DNA of 64,000 nt, taken from sequence record DRR723986_5772; one strand, given 5' to 3'. Below, in pieces: positions 1 through 10,500 of this stretch (position 1 is its first letter; every line of letters starts with the position of its first letter). The position numbers were made by a program, and so were the translations under genes. A model generated the notes under the pieces. It ran no database searches and had not been told where the DNA came from. It saw only the letters and a program-made list of their open reading frames with translations.

Positions 1-2
1 CC

Positions 3-1694
3 CTTCCCGCCTCTATTGCTCCAGTCGCGACAGCGATCCCAGCATTTGTAGGCTATACCGCTACTCGCGAAAAAAATGGTGAGACTTTACCGGCAAATCA
101 GCCAGTTCGAGTCAGTTCCTATTTGGAATACAAGGAGATTTTCGGTGAATCCTATCCTGAAGACTATGGAGTGGTCTTGACTGAAGCATCGGACGGATCA
201 ACAGTGGTAGAAATCACGGATCCAACAAATTTTTCGCCTTACCGCATGACTTATCAGGTCTTCATGTATTTCAACAATGGTGGTGGCCCATGTTACATTG
301 TTCCTGTTGGCGGATTCGTAGCCGGACCTAATCCAGCTCCAGCATCTATCGACCCAGGCGAATTGATAGCAGGGATTAATGCGCTGGAAGAAGAAGACGA
401 GCCAACACTTTTGGTGGTACCAGAGGCTGTGATTCTGAGCCCAACAGATCGAAAAACTATCCATGACACATTAATAGCGCAATGTTCCAAACTCCAAGAC
501 AGGTTTGCCTTGATGGATGCACTAAACTACGATGGACAAAGTGTTCAAGAAGATGGAGACTCTTTCCGAGATGAAGTAGGAAGCAGCGATTTGAAATATG
601 CAGCAGCTTATTATCCATCGCTGAAAACCTCACTTTATAAATATTATTCCGAATCCAAATTGACCATTACTGATAATAGAGGCGGAGCAGGTTTAGGACC
701 ATTTCACAATAAAAGGCTTACTACTGTTGGTAACGGTGATGCTTTTGCAACTGCAACAATACGCATAAATAATACTGCAAATATCGATGGTGATATTATT
801 ACTATCGGAAGCACAGCATATACAGCTGGTATCACTTTTACTCCAGGCGCCACTGATATCAATACCGCGGATGCCTTGCTAAATGCAATCAATGCAACTT
901 CAGACCCACTTTTTACTGCTTCCCGAACCCCTTCTACTTCCACACTCACGCTCGTGGCAACCACACCAGGAATTGCTGGAGCACCTATCGCCCTGACCTA
1001 TGATGACAATGGCGATGGAGGGGCTGTCATTTCAGGTTCAGGCACTTTCTCTTGGCAAGCACCTGATAAGACTCTTTACAATACCATTGTAGCAAAGCTG
1101 CAATCCAAAAAAATGGAACTCTATCCATCTGCATCTATGGCAGGTATTTGTGCACGGGTTGATCGTCAGCGCGGAGTTTGGAAAGCTCCGGCAAATGTGG
1201 ATGTGAGAGGAGTAATCAAACCAGTAGTCTCTATCAGTGCGGAGGATCAGGGTTTACTCAACGTAGATCCCACTTCAGGAAAATCTATTAACGCGATACG
1301 CTTTTTCCAAGGAAAAGGAAACTTGGTTTGGGGAGCTAGAACACTCGCAGGAAATGACAATGAGTGGCGCTACATCCCTGTCCGCAGACTTTACATTTTT
1401 GTAGAAGAGTCGGTCAAAAAGGCAACAGAATTTGTGGTATTTGAACCAAACGATGCCAATACATGGCTCCGGGTAAAAACCATGATCGAAAACTTTCTGA
1501 GCAATCTTTGGCGAGATGGAGCTTTGGCTGGTGCCAAGGCTGAGGAGGCATTTTTTGTGCGGGTAGGTTTAGGGCAAACTATGACCCCCTTAGATATTTT
1601 GGAGGGAAGGCTTATAGTAGAAATCGGTATGGCGGCAGTGAGACCGGCAGAATTCATCATCCTGAAATTCTCTCATAAACTTCAGGAATCTTAA
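3..1694 (+). CDS. Contractile tail sheath protein 1 (Afp2/3/4-like), 5'-partial
   Basis: Frame is open from position 3 (LPASIAPVATAIPAFVGYT, matching the N-terminus of the next sheath gene), so the true start is left of the window. Motifs YFNNGGGPCYIV, RGVWKAPAN, VWGARTL, FVVFEPND, AAVRPAEFI. Confidence 0.95.
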   Translation, partial: LPASIAPVATAIPAFVGYTATREKNGETLPANQPVRVSSYLEYKEIFGESYPEDYGVVLTEASDGSTVVEITDPTNFSPYRMTYQVFMYFNNGGGPCYIVPVGGFVAGPNPAPASIDPGELIAGINALEEEDEPTLLVVPEAVILSPTDRKTIHDTLIAQCSKLQDRFALMDALNYDGQSVQEDGDSFRDEVGSSDLKYAAAYYPSLKTSLYKYYSESKLTITDNRGGAGLGPFHNKRLTTVGNGDAFATATIRINNTANIDGDIITIGSTAYTAGITFTPGATDINTADALLNAINATSDPLFTASRTPSTSTLTLVATTPGIAGAPIALTYDDNGDGGAVISGSGTFSWQAPDKTLYNTIVAKLQSKKMELYPSASMAGICARVDRQRGVWKAPANVDVRGVIKPVVSISAEDQGLLNVDPTSGKSINAIRFFQGKGNLVWGARTLAGNDNEWRYIPVRRLYIFVEESVKKATEFVVFEPNDANTWLRVKTMIENFLSNLWRDGALAGAKAEEAFFVRVGLGQTMTPLDILEGRLIVEIGMAAVRPAEFIILKFSHKLQES

Positions 1695-1720
1695 TCCATT
1701 TCATTTAAAAAAATTTAGCC

Positions 1721-3178
1721 ATGTCAATTCAATCAACGCCAGGCGTATATATCGAAGAAATCGCCACTTTACCAGCATCGGTATCTTCTGTGGAAACAGC
1801 AGTCCCCGCTTTTATAGGTCATACAGATCTAGCTGAAAAAAACGGTGAGGACGTTCGGGGAGTCCCAACACGAATCACCAACATGCTTGAATTCGAAGGG
1901 ATTTTTGGTAAAGGAAATCCAGAAACTTTTACGATTGCGGTGGTGGACAGCTACGACGCTGCTAAAGGTTCAGGAGAGAAATTAGCAACCAGAAAAATCA
2001 CTGCTACCCCTCCTGCCACACCAAGCCCTTACAAGCTCTATTACAGCATGCAGATCTATTTTTCCAACGGAGGTGGCCCATGTTACATCGTGTCAGTCAA
2101 TGATTATGACAATCTACCTGTCAAAGGGGATTCTGCTACTCCTGCGAGTATTCTGGGAGGTCTTGAAGCTATCAAAGCGATCGACGAACCAACCTTGCTC
2201 GTCTTTCCTGATCAAATCCCCACAGATCTTACTGGGTCTGATTATAAAGATATCTACGATGCAGCACTTGCCCAATGCGACTCTTTGAAGGACAGGTTTG
2301 TAATAATAGATGTCAAAATAGTTACTGCTGACCCTTTTGCTGATGCACAGAATTTCAGAAATAATGGAATAGGAATGAGCAATCTAAAGTATGGAGCGGC
2401 ATACTATCCCAACTTGAGTACTTCTTTGAATTACGCTTACTCTCTAGCAGATCAAACGATCACGCATACCAGCAATTATCCTTCAGGAGGAATTCTTACA
2501 GAAGCAGGAGCTTCTGATACGCTAAACTTAGAAGCTCTTGAAACTAGCGAACCAAGTATTTATAGGGGAATTCTAGCAGAGATCAAAAAACAATACATCA
2601 CTTTACCTCCATCAGGAGCAGTTGCGGGCATCTATGCAAGAGTAGATCGTCAGCGTGGTGTATGGAAAGCTCCGGCAAATGTGGATGTAAGAACAGTAAT
2701 CGGTCCATCGCGCAAAGTTTCCCATGATCAGCAAGCAGCACTTAATGTAGATGCTACTTCAGGAAAATCCATCAATGCCATCCGTACTTTCACTGGTAAA
2801 GGAACGCTAGTTTGGGGCGCAAGGACATTGGCTGGAAACGATAACGAATGGAGGTATGTACCCGTGCGAAGACTCTACATTTTTGTGGAAGAATCAGTGA
2901 AAAAAGCGACTGAATTCGTAGTCTTTGAGCCAAATGACGCCAATACTTGGCTGCGCAGCAAAACCATGATCGAAAACTTCCTTTCTAAACTTTGGCGGGA
3001 TGGAGCATTGGCAGGAGCCAAACCCGAAGAGGCATTTTTTGTAAGAGTGGGACTGGGTCAGACGATGTCTGCCCAAGATATTCTCGAAGGGCGACTCATT
3101 ATCGAAATCGGAATGGCAGCAGTAAGACCTGCCGAATTTATTATCCTGAAATTCTCTCATAAGCTTCAGGAATCCTAA
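1721..3178 (+). CDS. Contractile tail sheath protein 2 (Afp2/3/4-like)
   Basis: TPGVYIEEI N-terminus; same sheath C-terminal motifs (GVWKAPAN, WGARTL, FEPND, VRPAEF). Confidence 0.96.
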   Translation: MSIQSTPGVYIEEIATLPASVSSVETAVPAFIGHTDLAEKNGEDVRGVPTRITNMLEFEGIFGKGNPETFTIAVVDSYDAAKGSGEKLATRKITATPPATPSPYKLYYSMQIYFSNGGGPCYIVSVNDYDNLPVKGDSATPASILGGLEAIKAIDEPTLLVFPDQIPTDLTGSDYKDIYDAALAQCDSLKDRFVIIDVKIVTADPFADAQNFRNNGIGMSNLKYGAAYYPNLSTSLNYAYSLADQTITHTSNYPSGGILTEAGASDTLNLEALETSEPSIYRGILAEIKKQYITLPPSGAVAGIYARVDRQRGVWKAPANVDVRTVIGPSRKVSHDQQAALNVDATSGKSINAIRTFTGKGTLVWGARTLAGNDNEWRYVPVRRLYIFVEESVKKATEFVVFEPNDANTWLRSKTMIENFLSKLWRDGALAGAKPEEAFFVRVGLGQTMSAQDILEGRLIIEIGMAAVRPAEFIILKFSHKLQES

Positions 3179-3218
3179 CCTAACATTTCATCGAAAGCAA
3201 ACTTAAAATCAAAATATT

Positions 3219-3653
3219 ATGGCAGTAGCATATCCAGTTTCCGTGTTTCATTTCCAGGTAGAATGGGGCGGATCCCGCATAGGTTTCACAGAAGTATCAG
3301 GCCTTACTGTGGAGCTACAAAGCATAGACTATCGTGAAGGCAGCTCACTTGAATACCATGTGAGCAAAATGCCTGGCATTCCTCAATATTCAAATATTAC
3401 ATTGAAAAGAGGGGTGTTCAGAGCTGACAACGAATTTTTCCAATGGCTCAACACGGTAAAAATGAATAACATTGAGCGTAGAGACCTCACCATCAGCTTG
3501 CTCAACGAAGAGCATGAACCAGTGATGGTCTGGAAGGTAAAAGAAGCTTGGCCGTGCAAAGTGGAAGGACCTTCCTTGAATTCAACAGGAAATGAAGTGG
3601 CGATTGAAACGATCGAGCTTTGCCACGAGGGATTGGCAATCGAAACCCCGTAA
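3219..3653 (+). CDS. Tail tube protein (T4 gp19 / Afp1-like)
   Basis: YP..FHFQVEW, FTEVSGL, YREG, KMPG...NITLKRG, WPCK..GP.LN, VAIETIEL.HEG. Confidence 0.95.
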   Translation: MAVAYPVSVFHFQVEWGGSRIGFTEVSGLTVELQSIDYREGSSLEYHVSKMPGIPQYSNITLKRGVFRADNEFFQWLNTVKMNNIERRDLTISLLNEEHEPVMVWKVKEAWPCKVEGPSLNSTGNEVAIETIELCHEGLAIETP

Positions 3654-3656
3654 ACA

Positions 3657-4127
3657 ATGGCGCTATTTCATCCACCAACCGGGTTTCACTTTCTAGTAAG
3701 GTTTGAAGGGCTTTTACTAAAATACCCGGCCTTACCTGATATAGGGTTCCAAGAGGTATCTGGCTTGAGCGTGGAGATAGGAGTTGAGGAATATGCCGAA
3801 GGTGGAGAAAACCGATTCAAGCATAGAATGCCTAACCCGATTTCTTATCCAAATCTAGTTTTAAAAAGAGGGATGGCAATCAGTTCTCAAATCGCAAAAT
3901 GGTTCAAAGACAGCGTGGAAGGCTTTCAGTTTGAAACGCAGGATATCACGGTCATTCTTTTGAGTCCAGAGAAGGTTCCTCTTCAGGCTTGGAATTTTGT
4001 CAATGCCTGGCCAGTGAAATGGTCGGTGGAAGGACTCAATGCGATGGAAAGTTCAATCATGATCGAAAACATAGAATTCGCCTATCAATACTATAGGAGG
4101 ATTAGTCCAGACAACCTTTTGCCATAA
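3657..4127 (+). CDS. Second tube-like protein (Afp5-like)
   Basis: PPTGFHFLV, FQEVSGL, EGGENRF.H..P, NLVLKRG, WNFVNAWPVKW. Confidence 0.92.
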   Translation: MALFHPPTGFHFLVRFEGLLLKYPALPDIGFQEVSGLSVEIGVEEYAEGGENRFKHRMPNPISYPNLVLKRGMAISSQIAKWFKDSVEGFQFETQDITVILLSPEKVPLQAWNFVNAWPVKWSVEGLNAMESSIMIENIEFAYQYYRRISPDNLLP

Positions 4128-4131
4128 GAAG

Positions 4132-4287
4132 ATGCCCATAGAAATCAAAGAACTCATCATCCGTACCACGGTGGATGCAGCAGAAAGCAAGCCTACAGGT
4201 AGCGGAAATAAACTTCCGGATACAGGTGCAGTAATGGACGGAATTAGGGAACTGAGCCGAATAATTAAAGAAAAAAACGAACGCTAA
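4132..4287 (+). CDS. Small plug-like protein (Afp6/DUF5908-like), 51 aa, not in ORF track
   Basis: Hand translation MPIEIKELIIRTTVDAAESKPTGSGNKLPDTGAVMDGIRELSRIIKEKNER*. Fills the gap between tube2 and the LysM gene; MPIEI.ELII start and ER end typical of this family. Confidence 0.85.
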   Translation: MPIEIKELIIRTTVDAAESKPTGSGNKLPDTGAVMDGIRELSRIIKEKNER

Positions 4288-4298
4288 AACTTAGCTAA

Positions 4299-5090
4299 AT
4301 GTCACTTTTAGATATTTTTTCTCAAAAAGGAGGGTTAGAAAAGCTGAAAATCACCGCTTTCAAAGACATAGACTACAATGAGTCCACAGCGACTTATGTG
4401 GTCATGTATAATCCTACGACTTTCAGCCAGGAATTCAAGTCTAAGTGGATTCCTGAAGTAGGTACTTCCGACGGCAAAGAATATCAATTCAGGACATTGG
4501 AATCTGACTCGGTATCTTTTGAGTTTCTTTTCGATGCCAGTGCTGCTTCCCCGCCAAGTGAAGACAAATCAGGTGATACAAATTTCTCTTACCTCGGAGA
4601 GGACAAGCCAAATCTGGAAAGTATCTCTAGCAATAAAATCTCTGCGATAGAACTTATAAATCAGGACAAACACGTAGATCGTGCAATTCGGAAGTTTCTT
4701 GATATCACACAAAACATTCAGTCTGACACGCATAAGCCAAATTACCTGCAGATCAACTGGGGAGCCTATCAATTCAGAGGAGTTTTGGCTTCAGCCACAA
4801 TTAATTACAAACTTTTCAACAGCTCAGGCCTACCCATTAGAGCAACTGTCACGGCCAATTTTGATCAATCCCTTTCCCGACAGGAACAAGCCGCAACTAC
4901 AGCTCGGACTTCACCAGACCTGACTCATGAGCGCATTGTAAAAGCTGGAGACACCTTGCTTTTAATGTGTCAAAGAATCTATGGAACACAGGAATATTAC
5001 TTGGAAGTAGCCCGAGCAAACCAATTGGGAAATTTCAGAAAACTCGTCCCAGGTCAGAAACTCATTTTTCCCCCAATAGCAAAAAACTGA
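4299..5090 (+). CDS. Tube initiator / LysM-domain baseplate protein (Afp7-like)
   Basis: LEKLKI..., MYNP, WG..F.GVL....INYKLF..G.P.RA, SPDLTH followed by LysM (VKAGDTL...IYG...VARAN.L...L.PGQ.L..P). Confidence 0.92.
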   Translation: MSLLDIFSQKGGLEKLKITAFKDIDYNESTATYVVMYNPTTFSQEFKSKWIPEVGTSDGKEYQFRTLESDSVSFEFLFDASAASPPSEDKSGDTNFSYLGEDKPNLESISSNKISAIELINQDKHVDRAIRKFLDITQNIQSDTHKPNYLQINWGAYQFRGVLASATINYKLFNSSGLPIRATVTANFDQSLSRQEQAATTARTSPDLTHERIVKAGDTLLLMCQRIYGTQEYYLEVARANQLGNFRKLVPGQKLIFPPIAKN

Positions 5091-5091
5091 T

Positions 5092-6846
5092 ATGCCTTTA
5101 GTCCCGATAGCTACACAAATCAACTTAGATCACGCCACTTTCAAAGTATATTCTGAAGGTCAAGAACTCCCGCCTTCTGTAGGAGTGGCAATGATTGCGA
5201 TTCGCAAAGCTGTGAATAAGATTCCAATGGCGAAGCTGGTGCTTTTTGATGGAGATATCTCAACGGGTGAGTTCCAATGGAGTGAAGGCGACTTATTCAA
5301 GCCAGGAGTAAAACTGAAAATTGATGCGGGATATGATAATAGGGAGGAGACTATTTTCGAAGGAATAATTATCAAGCATGGACTGGAAATCTATACCGAC
5401 AAGGCATCAAGACTAATTCTAGAGCTTCGTGATCCTGTGATCAAAATGACTGTCGGGAGAAAAAATAAGTACTTTTTTGAAAGTAGCGACAGCGATGTGA
5501 TGGAAGAGTTGATTGGCAAATATTCCGGTCTGGGAGCTGAGGTAGAAAGCACTAGTTTATCTCACGCAGAGATTGTTCAATACCACGCTACCGACTGGGA
5601 TTTCATCCTGAGCAGAGCTGACGCAAATGGAAAAATCGCTACAACAGAAGCTGGAAAAGTAACTATCCAAAAGCCCCAAACCAGTGCTGATCCTATCATC
5701 GAACTTCAATATGGAGATAATGTCGTAGAGTTTGAGGCCGAGATGGATGCAAGGCAGCAATATGCTGCGACAACAGGATTTAGCTGGGATTTCATCAAAC
5801 AAGAAGTAGCCGAAAAAGAGGGAGCTAATCCATCTATGGACTTTCAAGGGGACATCAGTGGCGATGATCTAGCAGCAGTTATTGGTCTGGAATCCTTCCA
5901 GATGCAGCATGGTGGTCTATTAGCAGACGAAGAACTTCAGGCTTGGACCGATGCTGGTTTGATGCGAAGCCGACTTTCGAAAATTCAAGGCAGGGTAAAA
6001 ATTCTTGGTGATAACAGGGTAAAACCCGGAGATATGGTAGAGCTGAAGGGCTTTGGATCACGATTTAATGGCAAAGCCTTCGTGTCTGCCGTCTACCACG
6101 AGATCTCTCCCAATCAAAAATGGTTCACCCATCTAGGTTTGGGCTTGGATCCAAAATGGGTTTCTCAGCAATACGATGACATCATCGATGTGCCTGCAGC
6201 AGGACTGGTTCCAGCAATCAAAGGCTTACATATCGGCATTGTAACTGCATTAGAAGGCGATCCTGATGGAGAAAACCGAATTAAAATAAGGCTACCGCTG
6301 ATAAGCAAAGATGAAGAAGGAATCTGGGCAAGATTTGCGTCACCCGATGCTGGAAATGAACGGGGAATATATTTCAGACCAGAAATTGAAGATGAAGTCA
6401 TAGTCTCTTTTATCAATGAAGATCCTCGCGATCCGGTGATTTTGGGCATGCTTCACAGCAGTAGCAAACCATCACCTATTGTAGAGAAAGATGATAATCA
6501 TGAAAAAGGGATTATCACCCGTGACAAACTCAAGTTGCTCTTCGATGATGACAAAAAGACGATTTCTATTGAGACTCCAAATGGAAATAAAATCCTCCTC
6601 ACAGATGACGAGGGAGCTATCCTTTTGGAAGATGAAAATGGAAATAAGATCAGTATGAATAGCGATGGGATCACAATCGAAAGCGCTAAGGATCTGATTT
6701 TGAAAGCGAGTGGAGATGTTTCCATTGAAGGGACCGGTGTGGAGGTAAAAGCCAGTGCCCAACTCAAAGCTGAAGGATCAGCAGGAGCAGAAGTTTCCTC
6801 TGGAGGACAAACAGTTATTTCAGGTTCACTAGTACAAATCAACTAA
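5092..6846 (+). CDS. VgrG-like central spike (Afp8-like)
   Basis: VNKIP.AKL, QYHATDWDFILSRA, OB-fold (DPDGENRIKIRLP, WAR, PEIEDEVIVSFI.EDPRDPVILG), beta-helix C-terminus ending VQIN. Confidence 0.94.
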   Translation: MPLVPIATQINLDHATFKVYSEGQELPPSVGVAMIAIRKAVNKIPMAKLVLFDGDISTGEFQWSEGDLFKPGVKLKIDAGYDNREETIFEGIIIKHGLEIYTDKASRLILELRDPVIKMTVGRKNKYFFESSDSDVMEELIGKYSGLGAEVESTSLSHAEIVQYHATDWDFILSRADANGKIATTEAGKVTIQKPQTSADPIIELQYGDNVVEFEAEMDARQQYAATTGFSWDFIKQEVAEKEGANPSMDFQGDISGDDLAAVIGLESFQMQHGGLLADEELQAWTDAGLMRSRLSKIQGRVKILGDNRVKPGDMVELKGFGSRFNGKAFVSAVYHEISPNQKWFTHLGLGLDPKWVSQQYDDIIDVPAAGLVPAIKGLHIGIVTALEGDPDGENRIKIRLPLISKDEEGIWARFASPDAGNERGIYFRPEIEDEVIVSFINEDPRDPVILGMLHSSSKPSPIVEKDDNHEKGIITRDKLKLLFDDDKKTISIETPNGNKILLTDDEGAILLEDENGNKISMNSDGITIESAKDLILKASGDVSIEGTGVEVKASAQLKAEGSAGAEVSSGGQTVISGSLVQIN

Positions 6847-6849
6847 ACT

Positions 6850-7128
6850 ATGCCTGCAGCAGCACGATTCGGAGATACAACTACACATGGGGGAACCATC
6901 ATTGGCCCAGGAGAACCTACGGTATTGATCGGAGGTTTGCCTGCGGCAGTTTTGGCTGACAACCATGCCTGCTCATTGCCTCCAAATTCCCATCAGCCAA
7001 CAGTCAGCCCCTTCATAGCTGGAAGTGCAACTGTCTTAATTGGAGGAAAACCCGCAGTGAGAGTTGGGGATGCATGCGTATGCGGTGCTTCAGCTGCTGT
7101 GGGAGAACCAACTGTAATCATTGGATAA
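6850..7128 (+). CDS. PAAR spike-tip protein (Afp10-like)
   Basis: MPAAARFGD..THGG, TVLIGGLPAA, GSATVLIGGKPAVRVGD.CVCG. Confidence 0.95.
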   Translation: MPAAARFGDTTTHGGTIIGPGEPTVLIGGLPAAVLADNHACSLPPNSHQPTVSPFIAGSATVLIGGKPAVRVGDACVCGASAAVGEPTVIIG

Positions 7129-7129
7129 C

Positions 7130-7543
7130 ATGGAAAATAACAAATCATTTCTAGGTAGAGGCTGGGCATTTCCAGTGACTTTCAGCTCTGAAAGCCAGCA
7201 AGTGCAGATGGCAGAAGATGAGGTGGATATCCAGCAAAGCCTGATCATTCTTCTAAATACTACACTGGGAGAGCGTGTGATGCGCCCTGATTACGGTGCA
7301 AACATGGAGGATTTACTATTCGAAGCATTGAATGTAACCACTGCAAATATGATTGCTAATCGCATCAAAAAGGCGATTCTGTTCCATGAGCCAAGAGTGA
7401 AAACTGAAGACATAGACCTAAGGCCAGATTATAATGAAGGAAGAATCGAGGTCTTGGTCACCTATACCATCATTGCCACAAACAACCGAAGAAACTTGGT
7501 GTATCCTTATCTATTCACCGAAGCAACAGACATTGAATTATGA
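7130..7543 (+). CDS. gp25/GPW-like baseplate wedge protein (Afp9-like)
   Basis: FLGRGWAFP, DIQQSL.ILL.T..GERVMRPDYG, HEPRV, TN.R.NLVYPY. ATG at 7130 preferred to TTG at 7121. Confidence 0.93.
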   Translation: MENNKSFLGRGWAFPVTFSSESQQVQMAEDEVDIQQSLIILLNTTLGERVMRPDYGANMEDLLFEALNVTTANMIANRIKKAILFHEPRVKTEDIDLRPDYNEGRIEVLVTYTIIATNNRRNLVYPYLFTEATDIEL

Positions 7544-10500
7544 GTAAAGACTGCAACGATCTGACCCTTCCCGGCAACGGAACTAGCCGCGCGCAAAGAC
7601 TTATAGAAGGTCTTTTGCCTGACTATGTCCGTGTGGATGAGCGGAAAATGGAAGATTTGCAGGCATTTGCAGTAAAAATTGCAGGAGAATTAAAATTCAT
7701 CAAAAATGAAGATCCTTGGACTGTAGGAGATTGGTCAGGATTTTTCGATCAGAAAATACAGGAAAACCAATTAACCAACCCTCATTTTGCTCTTTTCCTC
7801 GCCTTCTTAAAGCTTTTCAATTTTGCGCAGCAGGATATAAATACTATCACCCAGAGGCATTTAGATTTTTATTATCGTGACGTACTTCGGTTGAGAGAAA
7901 AGCCGGCAGAGTCTGATCAGGTTTATTTGATTATTAAGCTTGCAAAGCATATTCAAGAACATTTTCTTGCCAAAGACACGGCCTTCAAAGCTGGAAAAGA
8001 TGACTTAGGGAAAGAAATTCTTTTCCAAACAACAGATCCAAACGTTATCAACAAGGCAGAGGTCAGTTCATTGATGAGTCTTTTTAAAGATGAAAATGGA
8101 AGGCTTTACAAATCCTCAATTGCCAATTCCGCAGATGGATCGGGTGCAGAAATTCTGTCTGATGAGAAACAATGGAAGACCTTTGGAAAACCCTCTACAC
8201 AATTCCCAAATCAGGATCGAGAGCTAGCCACCATAGGCTTTGCATTTGCTTCTCCCATTCTGCTGATGGGAGAAGGAACCCGCAAAGTTTCCTTAAGAAT
8301 TCGATTTGAACCAACCGAGGGGTTATTAGAAAGATTGCGAACGCTCGCGCTGGATAAAACCTTCGAAATCTGGTTTAGCGGAGAAGAAGAGTGGATTCGC
8401 GCGACTATAGGTTGGGAAAACGCTGCAGATAATGTGGATGCAGAAGTGTTGGCATTTCTAAATAATGCTACTTCTTGGCAAGACATCGCTGGGCTGGAAC
8501 CTCAATTCGGGCCAGTAATAGATGATCCTGAATTTGGCCAGCACCGTCCTTTCAAGGGCTATGACATAGGAGAGATCACTGCTAAAAATATTCTAAGTCG
8601 AAGAGATTCATTTTCTACCAAGAGATTTTCGACTTTGAATCAAGTAGAAGCAGTCCGCGGAGTTGGCTCAGACAAAATCAATGACCTCCGCTACTCCTTT
8701 CGGAACACCAAACACAAGCTCATTTCTGGTCCTTACGGAATCGATCTCATTTTGAATTGTATGCTGCTGCCGGAGGATCCAGCAGTGGTAAATTATGACG
8801 AAGAAGTCCTGCTGCAACGAATTCAAACCAATTCACCAATTATGAAAGTGAATTTGGCGAATACCATCCAAAGCTATGGCTATGAGATTCTGAAAGATTG
8901 TGAGGTAAAATCAGCCACTATCAAAATCGATGTAGCTGGCGTAGAAAACCTGATCCTGCAGAACGACCAGACCATTTTACCGATTGGCAAAAACATTCAA
9001 CCCTTTGGATTCAGACCAGTCAAAGGATCGAATTTTTATATCGGAAGTAAGGAGGTTTTTGGTAAATCCCCGAAAACGGTTGAGTTGAAATTCAAATGGC
9101 ATGGACTACCGGAAGCTACCACGGGATTTGAAGATCAATATGCAGGTTATGAAACTCGAAATAACCAGAGCTTTACAGCAGCTGTGGATTTCTTGGATCA
9201 GAAAACCTGGAAACCCATCAACGCATCAAAATCACTATTTCAAGGAAATAATAGTCTTCCACTAAGCACTGACAAAACAATAAATCTCAGCGGTGCAGCT
9301 TGGAATTCAATCACAGAAGATCCCGATTTAGAGCACCTTACCCAATGGTCCCCAGCTTCCAACCGTGGTTTTCTTCGATTAAAACTGAACAGCCCAGATT
9401 TTGGACACAAGGAATACCCTCTACTTTTTGCCAAGGCTGCACTTTCACAAGCTTCACCAACAATTACTGATATAGCTCTTCCTAAAGAGCCATATACCCC
9501 AGAAATTCAAACGGTTAGTCTAGATTACACTTCTGAGGAAGAACTGAATTTGAAGCAAAGTAAATGGGATGGTTTTTTTCACCTTGGAGCATTTGGAGAG
9601 GCAAAAGTTTCAGGGCAGAATGAGAGTTCACCATTGCTGCCTAACTATTCTGATGAAGGGGAATTGCTAATTGGACTTTCTTCTCATCAAAAATCACAAA
9701 ATATTCAGCTCTTAATTCAGATTCTGGATGGCTCTGCCAATCCTGAGAAACCTGCTCCTCAAGTCAATTGGAGCTATTTGGCAGGAAATCAATGGAAAGA
9801 ATTTGATAAATATTCCGTCCTAATTGATGAAACAAATGGACTGATTCAAAGTGGATTGGTATCCTTTGCTATGCCCCGAGAGGCAGATAATACGCATACG
9901 ATTCTGACAGATCAGCTTACTTGGCTGAAAGCTTCAGTCAATTCTGATTCGGATGCTATCCCTGATTTTATTGCAGTTCTAGCACAAGCCGTCAAGACAA
10001 AGTTTGAATCCTACGAGAACGATCCTTTGCGGGTTGGGATAGCAATCCCAGCAGAAACTATCAGCAAACTTAAAATTGGTGAAAGTGCGATTAGTAAAAT
10101 CCTGCAGCCTTTTTCGTCCTTTGGAGGCAAAACTGCTGAATCCTCCAATGATTTTTACCAGCGAATTGCTGAGCGGATTCGCCATAAGCAACGTGCGATC
10201 ACATCTTGGGATTACGAGCATTTAGTTTTGGAGGAATTCCCTGAAGTGTATCAGGTGAAATGCCTTAACCATACTAGCTACGATGGAGATCTCACAAAAT
10301 ACCGTGCCTTGGCTCCTCGAAATGTGACTTTGGTCATTATCTCAAATGTGCAAAACAAAAATGCCATCGACCCGCTTCGTCCAAAAGCAAGTGTAGCCCA
10401 GCTGTCTACAATCCGAGATTTTATCACAAGAATATATCCTCCGGGAGTTTTCCTACATGTGGTAAATCCAGTATTTGAGGAGATTCAGGTCAGAACAAAA

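Noticed and set aside
1150-3178. Recent gene conversion or assembly duplication between the two sheath 3' ends
   Set aside because: The proteins are near-identical there, but the DNA differs at many synonymous positions, which fits purifying selection on old paralogues.
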